Notes: a model not told the origin generated them from the sequence alone. A stretch of 64,000 bases of DNA from an uncultured Planctomycetota bacterium (GCA_963845755.1 CAWJTV010000011.1:1344001-1408000), one strand, 5' to 3'. Positions 23,941 through 36,010 are shown, numbered from the stretch's first letter. Numbers and translations are program-made.

Positions 23941-25871
23941 TTGTTCCAAAATCTTGCCGTGAGCCGATCGGGGCCTTTACCACTTCTGGTCTTGTCAGCC
24001 TGGTGTGGGCTCATCTCAGGGCTGCTCGAGGTCGGGATGCTTGTCCTGCGCAAGCGAACTGTCAACCTGAACCAGCTTTACTCCATGACCCGTCATTTCG
24101 TCTGGCTGATCCCGCTCACGAACCTCATCATCTTTCTCGCCTTGGGCGTCCTCATGTCACTCCCTTTCCTGTGGAGGGGCGGTCGAGGCCGTTGGGTCGC
24201 CGTGCGGCTCTTCTGCGGCTTGACACTGCTTCCCCCCGTCTGGGTCGCCCTTCCGCGGATTTACGGTCCCGCCAGCCTCCTCCTGGTGATGGGCGCCGCG
24301 ACGCAGTTAGTCCCGGTGCTGGAGCTTTACGCGATTGGCTTTCGGCGCCTGCTGCGGTTCAGTTTCCCCGCGGTCGCCGGACTGGTGACGATCCTGGCGT
24401 CATCACTCTGGGCAGGGGACCGAATCAAGGAGTGGCGCGAGGGTGCACGGCCGCTCCCACCGAGAAATTTACAAAATGTTCTCATGATCATACTAGATAC
24501 CGTGGGAGCGGAACATCTGAGTCTCTACGGTTACAAACGTCCCACCTGCCCGACGATCGAAGAACTGGCGCCGCGAGGGATTCGCTTCGATCGGGCCCAG
24601 GCGACCTCGACATGGACACTCCCCTCGCACGCGAGCATGTTTACGGGGCGGTGGCCTCACGAGCTCTCCACCGGCTGGCTCACCCCCCTCGACGACACCG
24701 CGCCAACCCTGGCCGAGTACCTGGGATCGCGTGGCTACGCGACGGCCGGCTTCGCCGCCAACTATTGGTATTGTGCGTCCGATTCCGGGCTGGGGCGCGG
24801 GTTCGTCACTTATCAAGACTACATCTTCCCCCGGCTGACGGCCCTCAAGACGGCCGTCCTGGTCAAGGGCTTCCTGGATGGTCTGCGGTCGGTTGATCGT
24901 TTCCTCGATGATTGGCTGGATCTCGACTTCGTGAGGCCCGCGGTGGGAGTCCTTTCCTGGCTCTTCGAGGCCGATCAAAAAACCGCGGCTGTGGTCAATG
25001 GCGAATTCCTCGAGTGGCTGGCCCGCGCAGGCAACCCGAACGGCCGTTCTTCGCCTTCCTGAACTTCAATGATGCCCACCATCCCTATGTCCTGCCGAGC
25101 GCGAGCTTCCTCCGGTTCGGGACCAGTCGGGAGGATGAGGGTGAAGGCGAGCCGATCGAGGAGGAATTGCTGCGGTCTCCGCGCGGGCCGAGCGAGCAGC
25201 AGATTGCCCCGGTTCGCAACGCCTACGACGATTGTATCGCGAGTCTCGATGAGGAATTGGGCCGATTGATCGACGAACTGGAGCGCCGCGCCCTCCTCGA
25301 TCGGACCTGGGTAATCATCTCCGCAGACCATGGCGAAAGCTTCGGCGAACATCCGGGCGTGTTTCGTCATGGCATGAGTCTCTACCAGACGGAGCGACAC
25401 GTCCCCCTCGTGATCATCCCTCCATCCGGGCATTCGTCGGGACGGGTGGTCACCGAGCCGGTAAGCCTCCGGGACCTTGCAGCGACGATCGTCAACGTCC
25501 TGGATGTCGAAACGGGTTCCCCCTTCGCCGGGAATTCGCTGGCCCGGTATTGGGATGGCTCATCCTCGGCGGCAACGGCCCATTCCGAGGCCCGCGATCA
25601 GGCGCTTTCCGTAGTGGTACCCCTCGACCCGCTCAAGATGGCGCCGGAACTAGAGGGCAACCGCCGCTGGCCGCTGGCTGCTCTGACTGAAGGCGATTGG
25701 ACTTACATCCGCCGTGAAGGAGACGTTCGCGAACAGCTCTTTCGGTTGGGCGATGATGCCAAGGAATCGCACAATCTCGCGAATGACCCGACGTTGCAGA
25801 CGACCCTCCAACACATGCGCGGGGCCTTGAGTTCGACTCACAGCGGGCCCACTCACCCCGGAACGGCTTGA
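23941..25871 (+). CDS. Second membrane-bound sulfatase-like protein; frameshift near 25025; start uncertain
   Basis: 5 TM helices, NVLMIILDTVGA, TWTLPSHASMFTG, RPFFAFLNFNDAH, SADHGE, RHG, HVPLVI. Confidence 0.87.
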
Positions 25872-25931
25872 ACCCTAGCAGCAAGTCCCCCTCTTTCCGG
25901 GGCCGTGTGCCATTCCGAGTGTTCAGCGCTC

Positions 25932-26260
25932 TGGAGTCTTCCTGGGTAGGATCTCTGCGCCGTGCGCATTTGAGAAACTGGCAAATCGGGATTCAGGATT
26001 CGAGATTCAGGATTCCGCATCCCCGAAGGAGAGGATTCCGACTCCGGGAATCTGGAATCTCGAATCGGGAATCTTGAATTCCTCTTGGGTTGCGGCCGGA
26101 GGCCGCGTTAGAGTCGTCCTCCGTAGGATCCTTGCGCCCCGCACATCTGGGGATTCCGATTTCCGGGTTCGAGATTCCGGATTCCCGGATCATTCCCCTT
26201 CAGGAATCCGGAATCTCGAATCGGGAATCCCGATTGGGTTGCGGCCGGAGGCCGCGTTAG
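25932..26260 (-). repeat. Two tandem copies of the ~151-bp palindromic repeat in inverted orientation
   Basis: Units end GGGTTGCGGCCGGAGGCCGCGTTAG at about 26111 and 26260; junction TTAGAGTCGTCCTCCGTAGGATC. Confidence 0.9.
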
Positions 26261-27453
26261 GGAAGAGGGCCGGTGCGCATTGCGCCGGGTATGGGCGGCA
26301 TCTGCTCATCAGGCACGCCGAGATCGATTAGCCCCTGGCGCACCGGTTGACAGTCCGGGGCCAGGGCCAGCGCGGCCTGATAGCTCTGGATGGCCAGGAG
26401 CTTCCGTCCCGATTCCTGGGCCAGCGCGCCCGAGCCGGCAGCGCAGCTCGAGATCGTTCGGACTCGCGAGGATCTCGCGCAGGAGGTCCTCGATCTGCTG
26501 GTTGCGCCGCTCCACGACCTGGCGCCGATTCAGCGTGCGTGCGGCTTGTTCCTTCTGGCCCAAATTCGCCTGGATCGAGCTGAGCAGGCCGAGGGCCGCC
26601 AGGTCGTTGGGGTCGAGCGCCAGGCGCGCTCGACCGCGGATAGCGCGTCCCGAGGATGCCCCTGGCGGAGCCGGACCCGGGCCTCGAGGATCAGCGCGTC
26701 GCGGCGATCGGGATCGATCGCCAGTACCCGTTGGAGGAGACCGGCCGCGTCCTGGCCCCGGCCCAGTTCCAGGGCAATCTCGGCGGCGAGCGCCAAGAGC
26801 CGCGGATCGGCGGGCCGTTCCGTCAACAGCTCCTTCACAAGGGGTTCCGCGTCTTGAGGACGATGCAATCGGACCAGCGCCTCAGTCAGGCCGAGCCGAG
26901 ATTCCGGGTGGCCGGGCTGGCGTTCGAGGGCGTGTTGAAATGCATCGATCGCGGATTCGTATCGACGGAGCCTCAGGTACACCAACTCGCCCATGGCGAA
27001 CCAGGGCCGGAAATCCTGGGGGTCGATCCGGGATGCGCTCAGGAGCATCTGGAGCCCGCGCTCATTCTCGTTCGCGCTCAGGTAGATCGCGGCCAGGACG
27101 CGCGCCGCCGCCGCGTTGGGCTGCAGGCTCCACGCGCGTTCCAGGTCGCGGCGCGCCGGAGCGACCTCCTCGAGACCGGCCTCGGCCAGCCCGCGGACCG
27201 TCAGGGCCTCGGCCTCGGATTCGCTCCCTTGCCGGATCGAGGCAACAGCCTGGATCGCATGCCGGAACCGCCCTTGCTCCAGGTAGTCATGGCCGTGCGC
27301 CAGGGCCGCGACCTCCCCCCGTCGTGCCCAATAACGCCAGGGGGCGCGATTTCCGAGGTAACGGTCGGCAACGAGGATGACCGAGAGCGTTGCCACCAGG
27401 CCGATGATCAGGAACGGCCAGGCCCGGCGCGATCGGAACATCGGACGCGACAT
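26257..27453 (-). CDS. Tetratricopeptide repeat protein with N-terminal TM helix; frameshifted near the 3' end
   Basis: MSRPMFRSRRAWPFLIIGLV...; TPR motifs (FQHALERQPGH, LQRVLAIDPDR). Reconstructed end ...GLIDLGVPDEQMPPIPGAMRTGPLP* with the stop at 26257-26259. Confidence 0.78.
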
Positions 27454-27569
27454 CAACGCCTCACGCGAACACGCCGGCAGATCCGGCGCAGAAACACGAG
27501 GAGGCCGAGCCTCTGGAAGGCCCGGCCTCTCGTTGTGCTGCGACCGGTCCTCGATCCGAGGAACGGCTT

Positions 27570-28738
27570 TCAATAACTGTCGGACGAGACGACCTCGCCA
27601 CCGGCCTTCGAACCCAGGTACCACATGATATTCATCGACGTGCTCGACTTGATGAACCGGACCGAGCCGTCGGCGAACGCGGCGTTGGCGCCTCCGGGAT
27701 GGAAGCTGCTCATGTTGTACATGCCGGGTGCGTCGAAATCGCCGCCCCACGACTCCATGTTGCAATTGTAATACGCCGGGTTCGGGGCCAGTAGGGTGTT
27801 GCCCAGGGTATGGCCGAACTCCGAGTCGGACCAGTCCCGACCCATCGTGCTCTTGTTGGTCTTCCAATTGCTGCCGCCCTGGATCGAGCTCAGGGCCTTG
27901 GACTGGCAGGTGCTCAGAAAAAGCTGGAAGCTCTGCAGGACCGCCGGGCTCGAGGGCGGAAGCTGGCTTTGCCCACTCGGGTTGCCCCAACTGCCGAAAG
28001 TCCCAACCGAGTTCTGCAAGATATCGATGACATCCTGGAGTGAAAGCTGGCTGGAATTGCAGTCGCCCATCTTCCACTCGCCGAAGGCGATCGTATTACT
28101 GGTGCCGTCCGTGACGTCGGAGATGGAAACGGTTCCCGGATCCGTTATCGACACGATGCTGAAGATCCCCGGCGGTTTCGCGGAAGCCCACGGGGTGGCG
28201 CAGCGCCGACCGATCCCCAATAATTGTTTCCGGGATACCGGATCTGATTCAAGGCCGCCACGCTGAGGCAACTGTACAGATTGCCGACGGGGAGGCCGGA
28301 GGACGGGCAGAGGAAGGATTGGACGCGCGTGCCGAGGGCCGTCGCCTGGATCCCCCCGTCCAGGTTGGTCTCCGTGCAAATGCTGAAGTTGATCGCATTG
28401 AAGACGACGGTTTGTTCCATGTACGGTAGGAGGTAGCAATGGACGCTGGTGGCTCCCCAACCGGAATCGGAACCCGATATATAACCGGTCGGGGTACCGG
28501 GGGCGTTCTGTGCGTAACCTTGGGGAAAGGCATTCGTAGCGGAGTGATAGTTCGCCAGCGCCAGCCCCAACTGTTTCAGGTTGTTGGTACACTGGGCTCG
28601 ACGGGCCGCCTCGCGGGCCGATTGGACCGCAGGCAGGAGGAGGGCAATCAACACGGCGATGATCGCGATGACGACGAGCAGCTCGATCAGCGTGAAGCCG
28701 AGCGGCCGCCGTCGGCGCAGCCAGTTCATGGACGTCAT
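27570..28738 (-). CDS. DUF1559 (SBP_bac_10) prepilin-type N-terminal cleavage/methylation protein with H-X9-DG motif; frameshift near 28200
   Basis: [75 protein letters not shown]. Confidence 0.95.
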
Positions 28739-29147
28739 GCGTAGACTCCTCGGGATGAAGTAGGAATCGGCGGCTCGACGATCCGAGCCGTCTTTGCCGC
28801 CAATCAGAGGCGTCGTAAGAGTGCGTTAAATCCGCCCCGAACCAGGACCAAGGCAACGAAGGCTCCGACCGTTGGGGCGTCGATCGGTCGAAACCGGCCT
28901 CCTCGTCTCCGCCTCAGGACTGACGCCTGAACCGGCATCCACTCTCCTCGGGAGGGCCAGGCGAAGTCGTCCCTCTGCTTACTTAGTGCTCGGATTTCCG
29001 TTTTCGGTTCTCAAGGAGGGAAAACCTTTTGCGGAATTCCTGAAACGGAAGTGAAGCGACCAATCCCTCCGAAGAGTTGGCGTCTTCCGGAAGATGTTCA
29101 CGATAGCCCATGAAGTCAGCGGGCGTTACGGACGGTCATCACCGACC

Positions 29148-29378
29148 TCATTGCGGCTTGAACCGCTTCTCCATCATGTCCTTGTATTTGGAGCTGGCCC
29201 CGTATTCCTTACCAGCTTTGTCCTTGCGCGGTTTGAGTTCTTCCGCCGTGGGGGCGGCCACAGCTTCCGTCGGTTTCGCCGGTGGGGGACTGTCAGGTTG
29301 GCTGCACCCCGAAAAAGCCCCGCACATCGCGCACGACACCACGAGGCAAGCCAGGATGGACCCTGTTTTCGATTTCAT
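29148..29378 (-). CDS. Small lipoprotein (76 aa)
   Basis: GAGGAG upstream; MKSKTGSILACLVVSCAMCGAFSG-C lipobox; small lipoproteins commonly neighbour DUF1559 genes. Confidence 0.7.
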   Translation of the reverse strand: MKSKTGSILACLVVSCAMCGAFSGCSQPDSPPPAKPTEAVAAPTAEELKPRKDKAGKEYGASSKYKDMMEKRFKPQ

Positions 29379-29540
29379 GGACGGGATTTGACTCCTCGTA
29401 AGGGGTGGAATTTGGGCCTTGGTAAGGTCCCGAGCCGTTGGAAACTCCAGAGCGATCAGGACCAAAAGGCGGACGAACTCAACGATATAATTAAGAGTAC
29501 AAGGGCGCGGTTCTGAAATGGTATTCGGTCTAGAGTGCGA

Positions 29541-29580
29541 ATCATAGCACGGGTCATCCGCAATGTTAAATATTTTTTTT
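29541..29580 (-). promoter_or_regulatory. Possible extended -10 promoter with A-rich upstream element for the lipoprotein/DUF1559 genes
   Basis: Minus strand reads AAAAAAAATATTTAACATTGCGGATGACCCG-TGC-TATGAT. Confidence 0.35.
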
Positions 29581-30243
29581 GCGGATTTTCTCCTCGCGTC
29601 CCTGCTGACACCTCCGGGCGATTCCAGGGAGAGGGTCTCCTGCGACTCATACCCAGGAACTTGGAAGTAGGTTGCATATTCGATCGAGGGACATGAGATT
29701 TTTGGATTCGGTGTCGCGACGATACCGGATGTCGGCACGAGCAGCCAGGGATTGCCGGAGGAGCCGGCTCCGAATCCGCAAGAAGTGGCCTGCGTCCTGA
29801 ATCCGCGATGTTGCGTGGTATCGAATCCCGAACTCCGAGAAGCCGCGGTGCGTCGGCCAGAGCGTGGCGTCACGGGCCGGGTCGGGAAAGCGGGGTCGCC
29901 GAGGCGCCGTGATCCGCCGGGCAAGCGGGATGGTTGTGGGGCGCATCCGCGGCGGCATCCCGCTCGGACGCCAGCGCCTCGGCCAGGGTCGGCCCCGGTC
30001 CCGCGGCGGCGGCGTGCCGCCGCTCCAATCGAGCCAACGCCGCTTGTCCATCGGCGACAGCGGGACCGCTCGCCCCCGAACGCTTCCAGCCATGATCACG
30101 GTTGGCCGCACCGCACGCGACGGGATCTCGAATAGGTTGCGAACCTCGGCGACACGACATTAGATTGGACTCGGTTCCTGCTGGCCGCTGGCCACCGACC
30201 ACTTACGAAGGCTGCGGCCGAAGGCCGCGTGAGGGGATGAACG

Positions 30244-31077
30244 ATGAATGCCGACCAGTCGCAACCGATCCCGGAATCGGCAGTCCGCGACGAGTGCTGC
30301 GCTGATCCCGCCGATTCGCTTCCCTCCGCGACCATCGCCGGGGGAGTCGCACGACGGCTGCCGCTCTGGCTCCTGACCTTGGGCGTCGGCCTGGTTTCCG
30401 GCCTGATCTCCTGGGCGGGCGGCGAAGCGATGCTCACAATGTTTCGGATCGAGGACGAGGCGATTTATCCCGCGGATTACCGCAAGATCGGTGGTTACCA
30501 GAGGAGCGCGGTGGGTGCGGAGGTCCAGGGCGCGGTCGCTGCGTGACCGTGGACCGGAAGCAGGCGGCGGCCAGCTTCGGCTTGCTGGGGATGGTCCTGG
30601 CGGTCGGTCTGGGCCTGATCGGCGGCCTGGCGGCGGGCTCGCCGCGTCGGGCGATCCTGGGTGCTCTCGGCGGAGGTCTGGCTGGTGCGGCGGCGGGCGC
30701 GGGACTCTCCTGGGTCGTCGTCCCGATCTTCTTGCGTTTCCAGACCCCGGCCTCCGAGCCTGCTCGTCCTGTTCCTGAGCCACGCGGCGATCTTCACCGC
30801 ATCGGCGCCATGTCGGGGCTGGCACTGGGCCTGGGCCTGGGTGACGGCCGGGCGTCGGGGCGCGCCTTGTTCGGTGGCATGCTGGGCGGCGTCATCGGGA
30901 CGACCGCCCTGGAGATCGTCAACTCCCTGGCCTTTCCCCTGATGAGGACCCTCGAGCCGATAGCGTCGGAGCCGAATCCGCGGCTGCTTGACATACCTCT
31001 ATGTGGCGTTTGCCTCGGCATTCTTCGCCGGCTTTGCCGCGGGAGGACATCGAGAAACGGCTTCGGGGAAAGCATGA
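30244..31077 (+). CDS. Gly/Ala-rich multi-pass membrane protein; frameshifted
   Basis: Successive hydrophobic helices (LLTLGVGLVSGLISWAGGE; FGLLGMVLAVGLGLIGG; ALFGGMLGGVIG) across frames. Confidence 0.65.
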
Positions 31078-31165
31078 AGGAGAAGGATAAGGCGAAAAGT
31101 CCGCGAGAACGAAGGCCGAAGCTCAGACTTCCGATAAAGCCGGACGAAAAGAGGCGGTTTTCGTC

Positions 31166-33002
31166 ATGCCAGGGCTTCCGAATCGCGGACGTCGCGGCTG
31201 GTGGATCACGGCGGGGCTCGTGGTCTTGATCGGCTCCGGCGCCGGCCTGTGGTGGTGGGCCGGCCGTGATGTCGGGCCCGTCGCCGCGGGCCTTTCCGCC
31301 TATGATCGGCAAGACTGGGACCGGGCGATCCTGCTGGCACGCCGGCGCCTGAAAGAGGCTCCCGACGATCAGGAAGCGTTACGCCTGGCCGCGCGGACAA
31401 CAGCCCGGCAAGACCGCGATCAGGCGGCGATCTCGACCTATTCTCGCCTCGAGCTGAAGCAGATGACGGCCGAGGACTATTTCCTCCTGGGTCGGGCCTT
31501 GAGCCGCACCGGGCAGGATGATCTGGCCTTGAAGTCGCTGGAGGTGGCGCGTGACGCCGATCCGGATCGACCGGAGATGCTCGACGAACTGGCACAGGTC
31601 TATTACCGGAAGGACCGTCCGGTGGCGGCCGAGGAGCTGGCCAGCCGACTCGTGCGGGAGCCGGGCCGGGAGGCTCGGGCGCAACTGATGCTGGGGACGT
31701 TTCGTGCGGCGCGGCACGATCCGGCCGGGGCGGCGCGCGCCTTGCAGCGGGCGTTCGAGCTGGATCCCGACGGCAAGGCCGCCGCACCCCAACCGGCAAG
31801 GCCACTGCGCCTGCTCTGGGTGCGTTCCTTGCTGCAATCGGCCCAACCGGCCGAGGCGCGGCGGGTGCTCGAGGCGATTCCGGAGTGGCAATCGGATCCG
31901 GAGTCCGCCTGGCTCTCGAGCCGGAGCTTCCTCCAGGAACGCGTATGGTCGCAGGCCGCCACGGCACTCCAGGCCGCGGGCTCATATCGCCGCAACCATC
32001 CCCTCGAGCCGGAGCCGGCCCCGTATGTCGGCGCGGACGCCTGCGCCGAATGTCATCGCTCCACTTACGACACGGTCCTCAACAGCCGGCACGGCACGAC
32101 ATTCGCCCGCGCCCGCGATGCTCGATCGCTCCCCTTGCCCGATCGGCCGTTTCCCGACCCGGCCGATCCCAAGGTCCAGCACCGGTATGAGCGCCGGGAC
32201 GATGGCATCCACGTCGAGACCCGGGTGGGCGACCAGGTGTTTCGCGCCCTGGCCCGCTACGCGCTCGGTTCGCCCGATCACTACGTGACCCTCACCGGCC
32301 TGGACGAGCAGGGACGCTCGCGCCTGCTGCGGATGTCGCATTACGATTCGCCCAGGGGAGCGGGGTGGGACATCTCCACGGGGCTGGTGCCCCACCCGGC
32401 TCGTCCCGACCAGTTCCTCGGAGAGCTGGCGGATCCCGGGGACGGAGAGCGGCGGTGCCTGGATTGCCACACGACCAACTTCCGCGCCATCGAGGACAAC
32501 GTCGGTCCCGAGTCGGCCGATCATGCGATGGGTTGCGAGCGCTGTCATGGGCCGGGGGCACACCATGTCCTGGCGGTCGAGGCCGGGTTCTCCGACCGAG
32601 CGATCATCAGCCCGGGCCTGCGCACCCCGAGAGACGGTCAACCGGCTTTGCGGCTACTGCCACGGCCTGACCGAGCCGCATGGCTTTACCGGCGAGCCGG
32701 ACGACCCGGGCTGGTACCGGTTCCAGACCGCGCGGTTGCAGAAAAGCCGCTGCTACACGGCCAGCGGCGGCCAGCTCCATTGCGTCACCTGCCACGATCC
32801 ACACCGCAAGGTCGAGACCGCGGCGCCGCCCTACGAGGCCAAGTGCCTGAGCTGTCACGGGACCGGCAAGACGACCTGTCGGGTCAATCCGGCCAAGGGC
32901 TGCGTCGGCTGTCACATGCCGCGCGCCTGGAGGGAGCCGACGCACTCATTTCAGTCGGACCATAACATTCGAATCGCCGCGCCGCGGCCCGCCGGATCGT
33001 GA
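31166..33002 (+). CDS. TPR repeat plus multiheme cytochrome c (7 CxxCH); frameshift near 32620
   Basis: N-terminal TM helix, TPRs, then YVGADACAECH, CLDCH, CERCH, CGYCH, CVTCH, CLSCH, CVGCHMP. Confidence 0.9.
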
Positions 33003-33120
33003 TCGACCCTTACGACGCTCCTGTCGACGAAACTCGTTGGGGATTCGGCGGATTGTAAGATCCCCGCGCCTGTCGATCATCCCGTCCTCGATGCACCGCG
33101 ACGGTCCGGGGGATCGTAAG

Positions 33121-34791
33121 TCATTTCCGTGCCAGACAGAGCAGGGTGATGTCATCGAACTGGGACCGATCGACGACGAACCGCTGCACGGCCTTGACGA
33201 TCGCATCACCGGCCGCGGTGGCTCCCGGACCGGCGCCGGCGATCGCCTCCCGCAGCCGGCTCTCGCCGAACCGCTCGTTGGCGGCATTCATCGCGTCGGT
33301 AACGCCGTCGGTGTAGAGGATGACCGTCTCGCCCGCCTCGATCGTGGTCGTGGCCGTCTCATAGGGATAATCGGGCATGATGGCCAGCGGCAGGCCCGAG
33401 ACGTTCTTGCCCAGCTCTTCGAAACGTCCGTCACGGCGGCGGATCATCGGGCAGGGATGGCCCGCATTGACGACGCTCAACCGATGGCTTTGAACGTCGA
33501 GGATCACCAGGAGGAAGGTGATATACAGGTCGAGGACGCCGCCGTCGTCGAACTGATGGTTGAGCTGGCTGACGACCCTGGCGGGGTCGGGGTCGCCCTG
33601 GAGGAAGAGCCGGACCTCACCCGAGAGTTTGGCGGACAGCAAGGCGGCCGGCATCCCCTTGCCCACCACATCCCCCACGGCAATGGCCCATCGGGTCGCG
33701 GCGACGCCACGGTCCGCGGCCCCGGCGCCGTCGCGGAGGGGAAAGAAGCCATAATAGTCACCGCCGACGTGCCGCGCCGGCTCATAGTAGGCCCAGAACT
33801 CGTAACCCTGCACCGACGCCGGCCGATCGGGTAACAGGGCCAGCATCACTTGCCGGGCGAACAGGAGCTCCTGCTCCATCTCGCGCTGGCGGACCAGGGC
33901 CTTGTGCAACCGCGCGTTCTGGACCGCCACGCTGATCTGGTTGGCGACGGCGACCAGCAGGTCCAGGTCATCCTGATCGAACCGCCCCCGGCCGTCGCGC
34001 GTGTCGATCTGCATGATGCCGATCGGCTTCCGGTCCTGATCCAGCAGCGGCACGCACATCAACGAGCGGATTTGGCTGTCGGAGACGCTCTCGCTCTCGG
34101 GGAATTCCTTGGCCAGGTCCTTGGAGAGGATCGCCTGGCCGTCGTTGAGCACCCGGTTGAGGATCGTCTGGCTGATCGTCAACTCGCCGGCCGGACCGGT
34201 CCGCGACCGGATCACCTCCGGCACGAGGGTGTCGCTCCCCGGCTCTCGCACCAGCACGAAACCGCGCTCGGCCCGCGGGAAGATCTCGAACAGTGAGTTG
34301 AAGATCCGATCGAGCAATTCATTGAGGACCAACGTCCCGCCCAGCTCCTGGCTGATCAGCCGCAAGGCGCGCAGCTTGGCCTCGGGCTGGACCAGCGGCA
34401 AGTTCCGGTCGCTCTGGTTCAACAGGTCGATCGCCACGTAGACGGTAGACTGCTCCTCGTCCCCCTCCTGGATCTGGACCACCCGGCTGCTGAAGCACAT
34501 CAGCACCTCGCCGATCTGGATCGTATTGCCCTCGTTGAGCAGCACCGGCTGGGCCAGCTTCTGGCCGTTGACGAACGTACCGCGCAGGCTGCCCAGGTCC
34601 TTGAGCACGAAGCCCGTGCTCTTGCGCAGGATCGCCGCATGCTTGCGCGACACGGATTTCGGCTGCAAGACCAGGTCGCATTCCGGGTTGCGGCCGATAA
34701 TCGTCAGGTCGCGATCGAGCGTATAGAGTCGTCCCGTGAACGGGCCGTTGATGATCTGCAAGGTCGGGACTATCGTCTGCGGAGCTGCCAT
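33121..34791 (-). CDS. FHA-GAF-SpoIIE (PP2C-type) protein phosphatase
   Basis: Canonical FHA (IIGR, SVSRKH, GTFVNG), GAF (SLMCVPL, FDQDDLDLL), SpoIIE (VGGDYY, GDVVGKG, YTDGV, DDITL). Confidence 0.93.
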   Translation of the reverse strand: MAAPQTIVPTLQIINGPFTGRLYTLDRDLTIIGRNPECDLVLQPKSVSRKHAAILRKSTGFVLKDLGSLRGTFVNGQKLAQPVLLNEGNTIQIGEVLMCFSSRVVQIQEGDEEQSTVYVAIDLLNQSDRNLPLVQPEAKLRALRLISQELGGTLVLNELLDRIFNSLFEIFPRAERGFVLVREPGSDTLVPEVIRSRTGPAGELTISQTILNRVLNDGQAILSKDLAKEFPESESVSDSQIRSLMCVPLLDQDRKPIGIMQIDTRDGRGRFDQDDLDLLVAVANQISVAVQNARLHKALVRQREMEQELLFARQVMLALLPDRPASVQGYEFWAYYEPARHVGGDYYGFFPLRDGAGAADRGVAATRWAIAVGDVVGKGMPAALLSAKLSGEVRLFLQGDPDPARVVSQLNHQFDDGGVLDLYITFLLVILDVQSHRLSVVNAGHPCPMIRRRDGRFEELGKNVSGLPLAIMPDYPYETATTTIEAGETVILYTDGVTDAMNAANERFGESRLREAIAGAGPGATAAGDAIVKAVQRFVVDRSQFDDITLLCLARK

Positions 34792-35276
34792 GGCGTTGTC
34801 CGCGCGTTCGTCGCGCCTCCCTGGCCGAGACCACCTCACGCTCCTACCGCCGGTCGTCCCTGATCGCGCGAAAAGGAACCTGTGTTACCCACTAACGGAT
34901 GGATCCGCCCGCCGGCCCGCAGCCTGTCCTCAGCCCCTCTTCCTGGACAGGATCCCACGCCGAGCCTCGGCGCGGACGCGGACATTTCCGCCCCCGCACC
35001 AGGATCCTTTCCATTCTTACCATATTGAGACGATCAAGAAACGAGGGGGATCTTCCGAAAAAACGCCAGCGGGGCGGCCCAGGCACCGGTTACTTCTCCG
35101 CGATTCCCGTGCCGAGGGTCAGATTACCCCCGGCCAGTCAAATCCGCACGTCGGTCAGGAAAGTCTGCCCTATTGACTTGACAGCCACTATAATCGGGGG
35201 GAGCAGGGAGATAGGCCATCGTCCCGAGGGTGGGACGACGTGGCTGGATCATCACCTCGGTTTTCCGGAGGTTGGG

Positions 35277-35916
35277 ATGAGCTCGATCGGTTCCCTGACC
35301 ATGTGTATCCAGAATCTGCGATCGCCCGATGGCCGGGCGACGACCACGCCGCCCAGGTCATCTGGGAACGGTTCGCGAGCCGATTGCAAGACCTGCGCGC
35401 CGCCACCTCGACCACCGAATCCGGCGCCGGGAGGACGAGCAGGATATCCTCCAGAGCATGTACGCCAGCTTCTGCGTGGGCCAGCGCGAAGGCAAGCCCT
35501 CGCCGGCCAGCCGCGAGGAACTCTGGCGCCTCCTGGTCCGGATCACGCTCTGCAAGGTGGTCAACACGGTCCACCGCAACTATGCTATCTGCCGGGACGT
35601 ACGGCGCGAGCGCGGCGGCCACGACGGCCTCGCCGCCGGCACCCCCGTGTTCCCGGGCGGCTTGCTCGACCAGGTCGACCGCGCCTCGACCGACCCCGGC
35701 GAGAAACTCATCATGGTCGAAGAGTTCGATCGCCTCCTCCGCAACCTTCCCGAAGAGCTCCGCCAGATCGTCGTCTGGAAAGTCGACGGCTTCACCAATG
35801 CCAAGATCGCCAAGATGATGGGACGCACGGTCCGCTGCGTCGAGCTCAAGATGCAGCTCATCCGCGCGCTCCTCGGCCAGGATCCGGCCGGCGCGAGCAA
35901 GGCGGAGCTTGTTTGA
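35277..35916 (+). CDS. ECF-type RNA polymerase sigma factor (planctomycete type); frameshifted in the 5' part
   Basis: GGAGGT before ATG 35277; GSLT...AAQVIWERF; REDEQDILQS; REELWRLLVRIT; LRQIVVWKVDGFTNAKIA...RTVRCVELKM. Confidence 0.85.
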
Positions 35917-36010
35917 AAACGTCAATCAAAGCGGAATGTCGGCCAAAAAACGTTCATTCCGGTCCTGAGGGTGTCGGCAGAGGCTGTGAAAAAATCGATC
36001 CAAGACCACA

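Noticed and set aside
26530..28856. ORF-track proteins 26530..28077 and 27570..28856 taken at face value
   Set aside because: Their N-termini are off-frame translations of the DUF1559 gene; real starts are 27453 (TPR) and 28738 (DUF1559).
29600..30240. Short Arg/Pro-rich ORFs in the spacer between divergent genes
   Set aside because: No motif, RBS or consistent frame; treated as non-coding or unresolved.
35173..35194. TTGACT/TTGACA and TATAAT upstream of the ECF gene as a canonical sigma70 promoter
   Set aside because: Spacing is only 10 or 5 bp, not about 17; the TATAAT alone may be real but the pair is unsupported.
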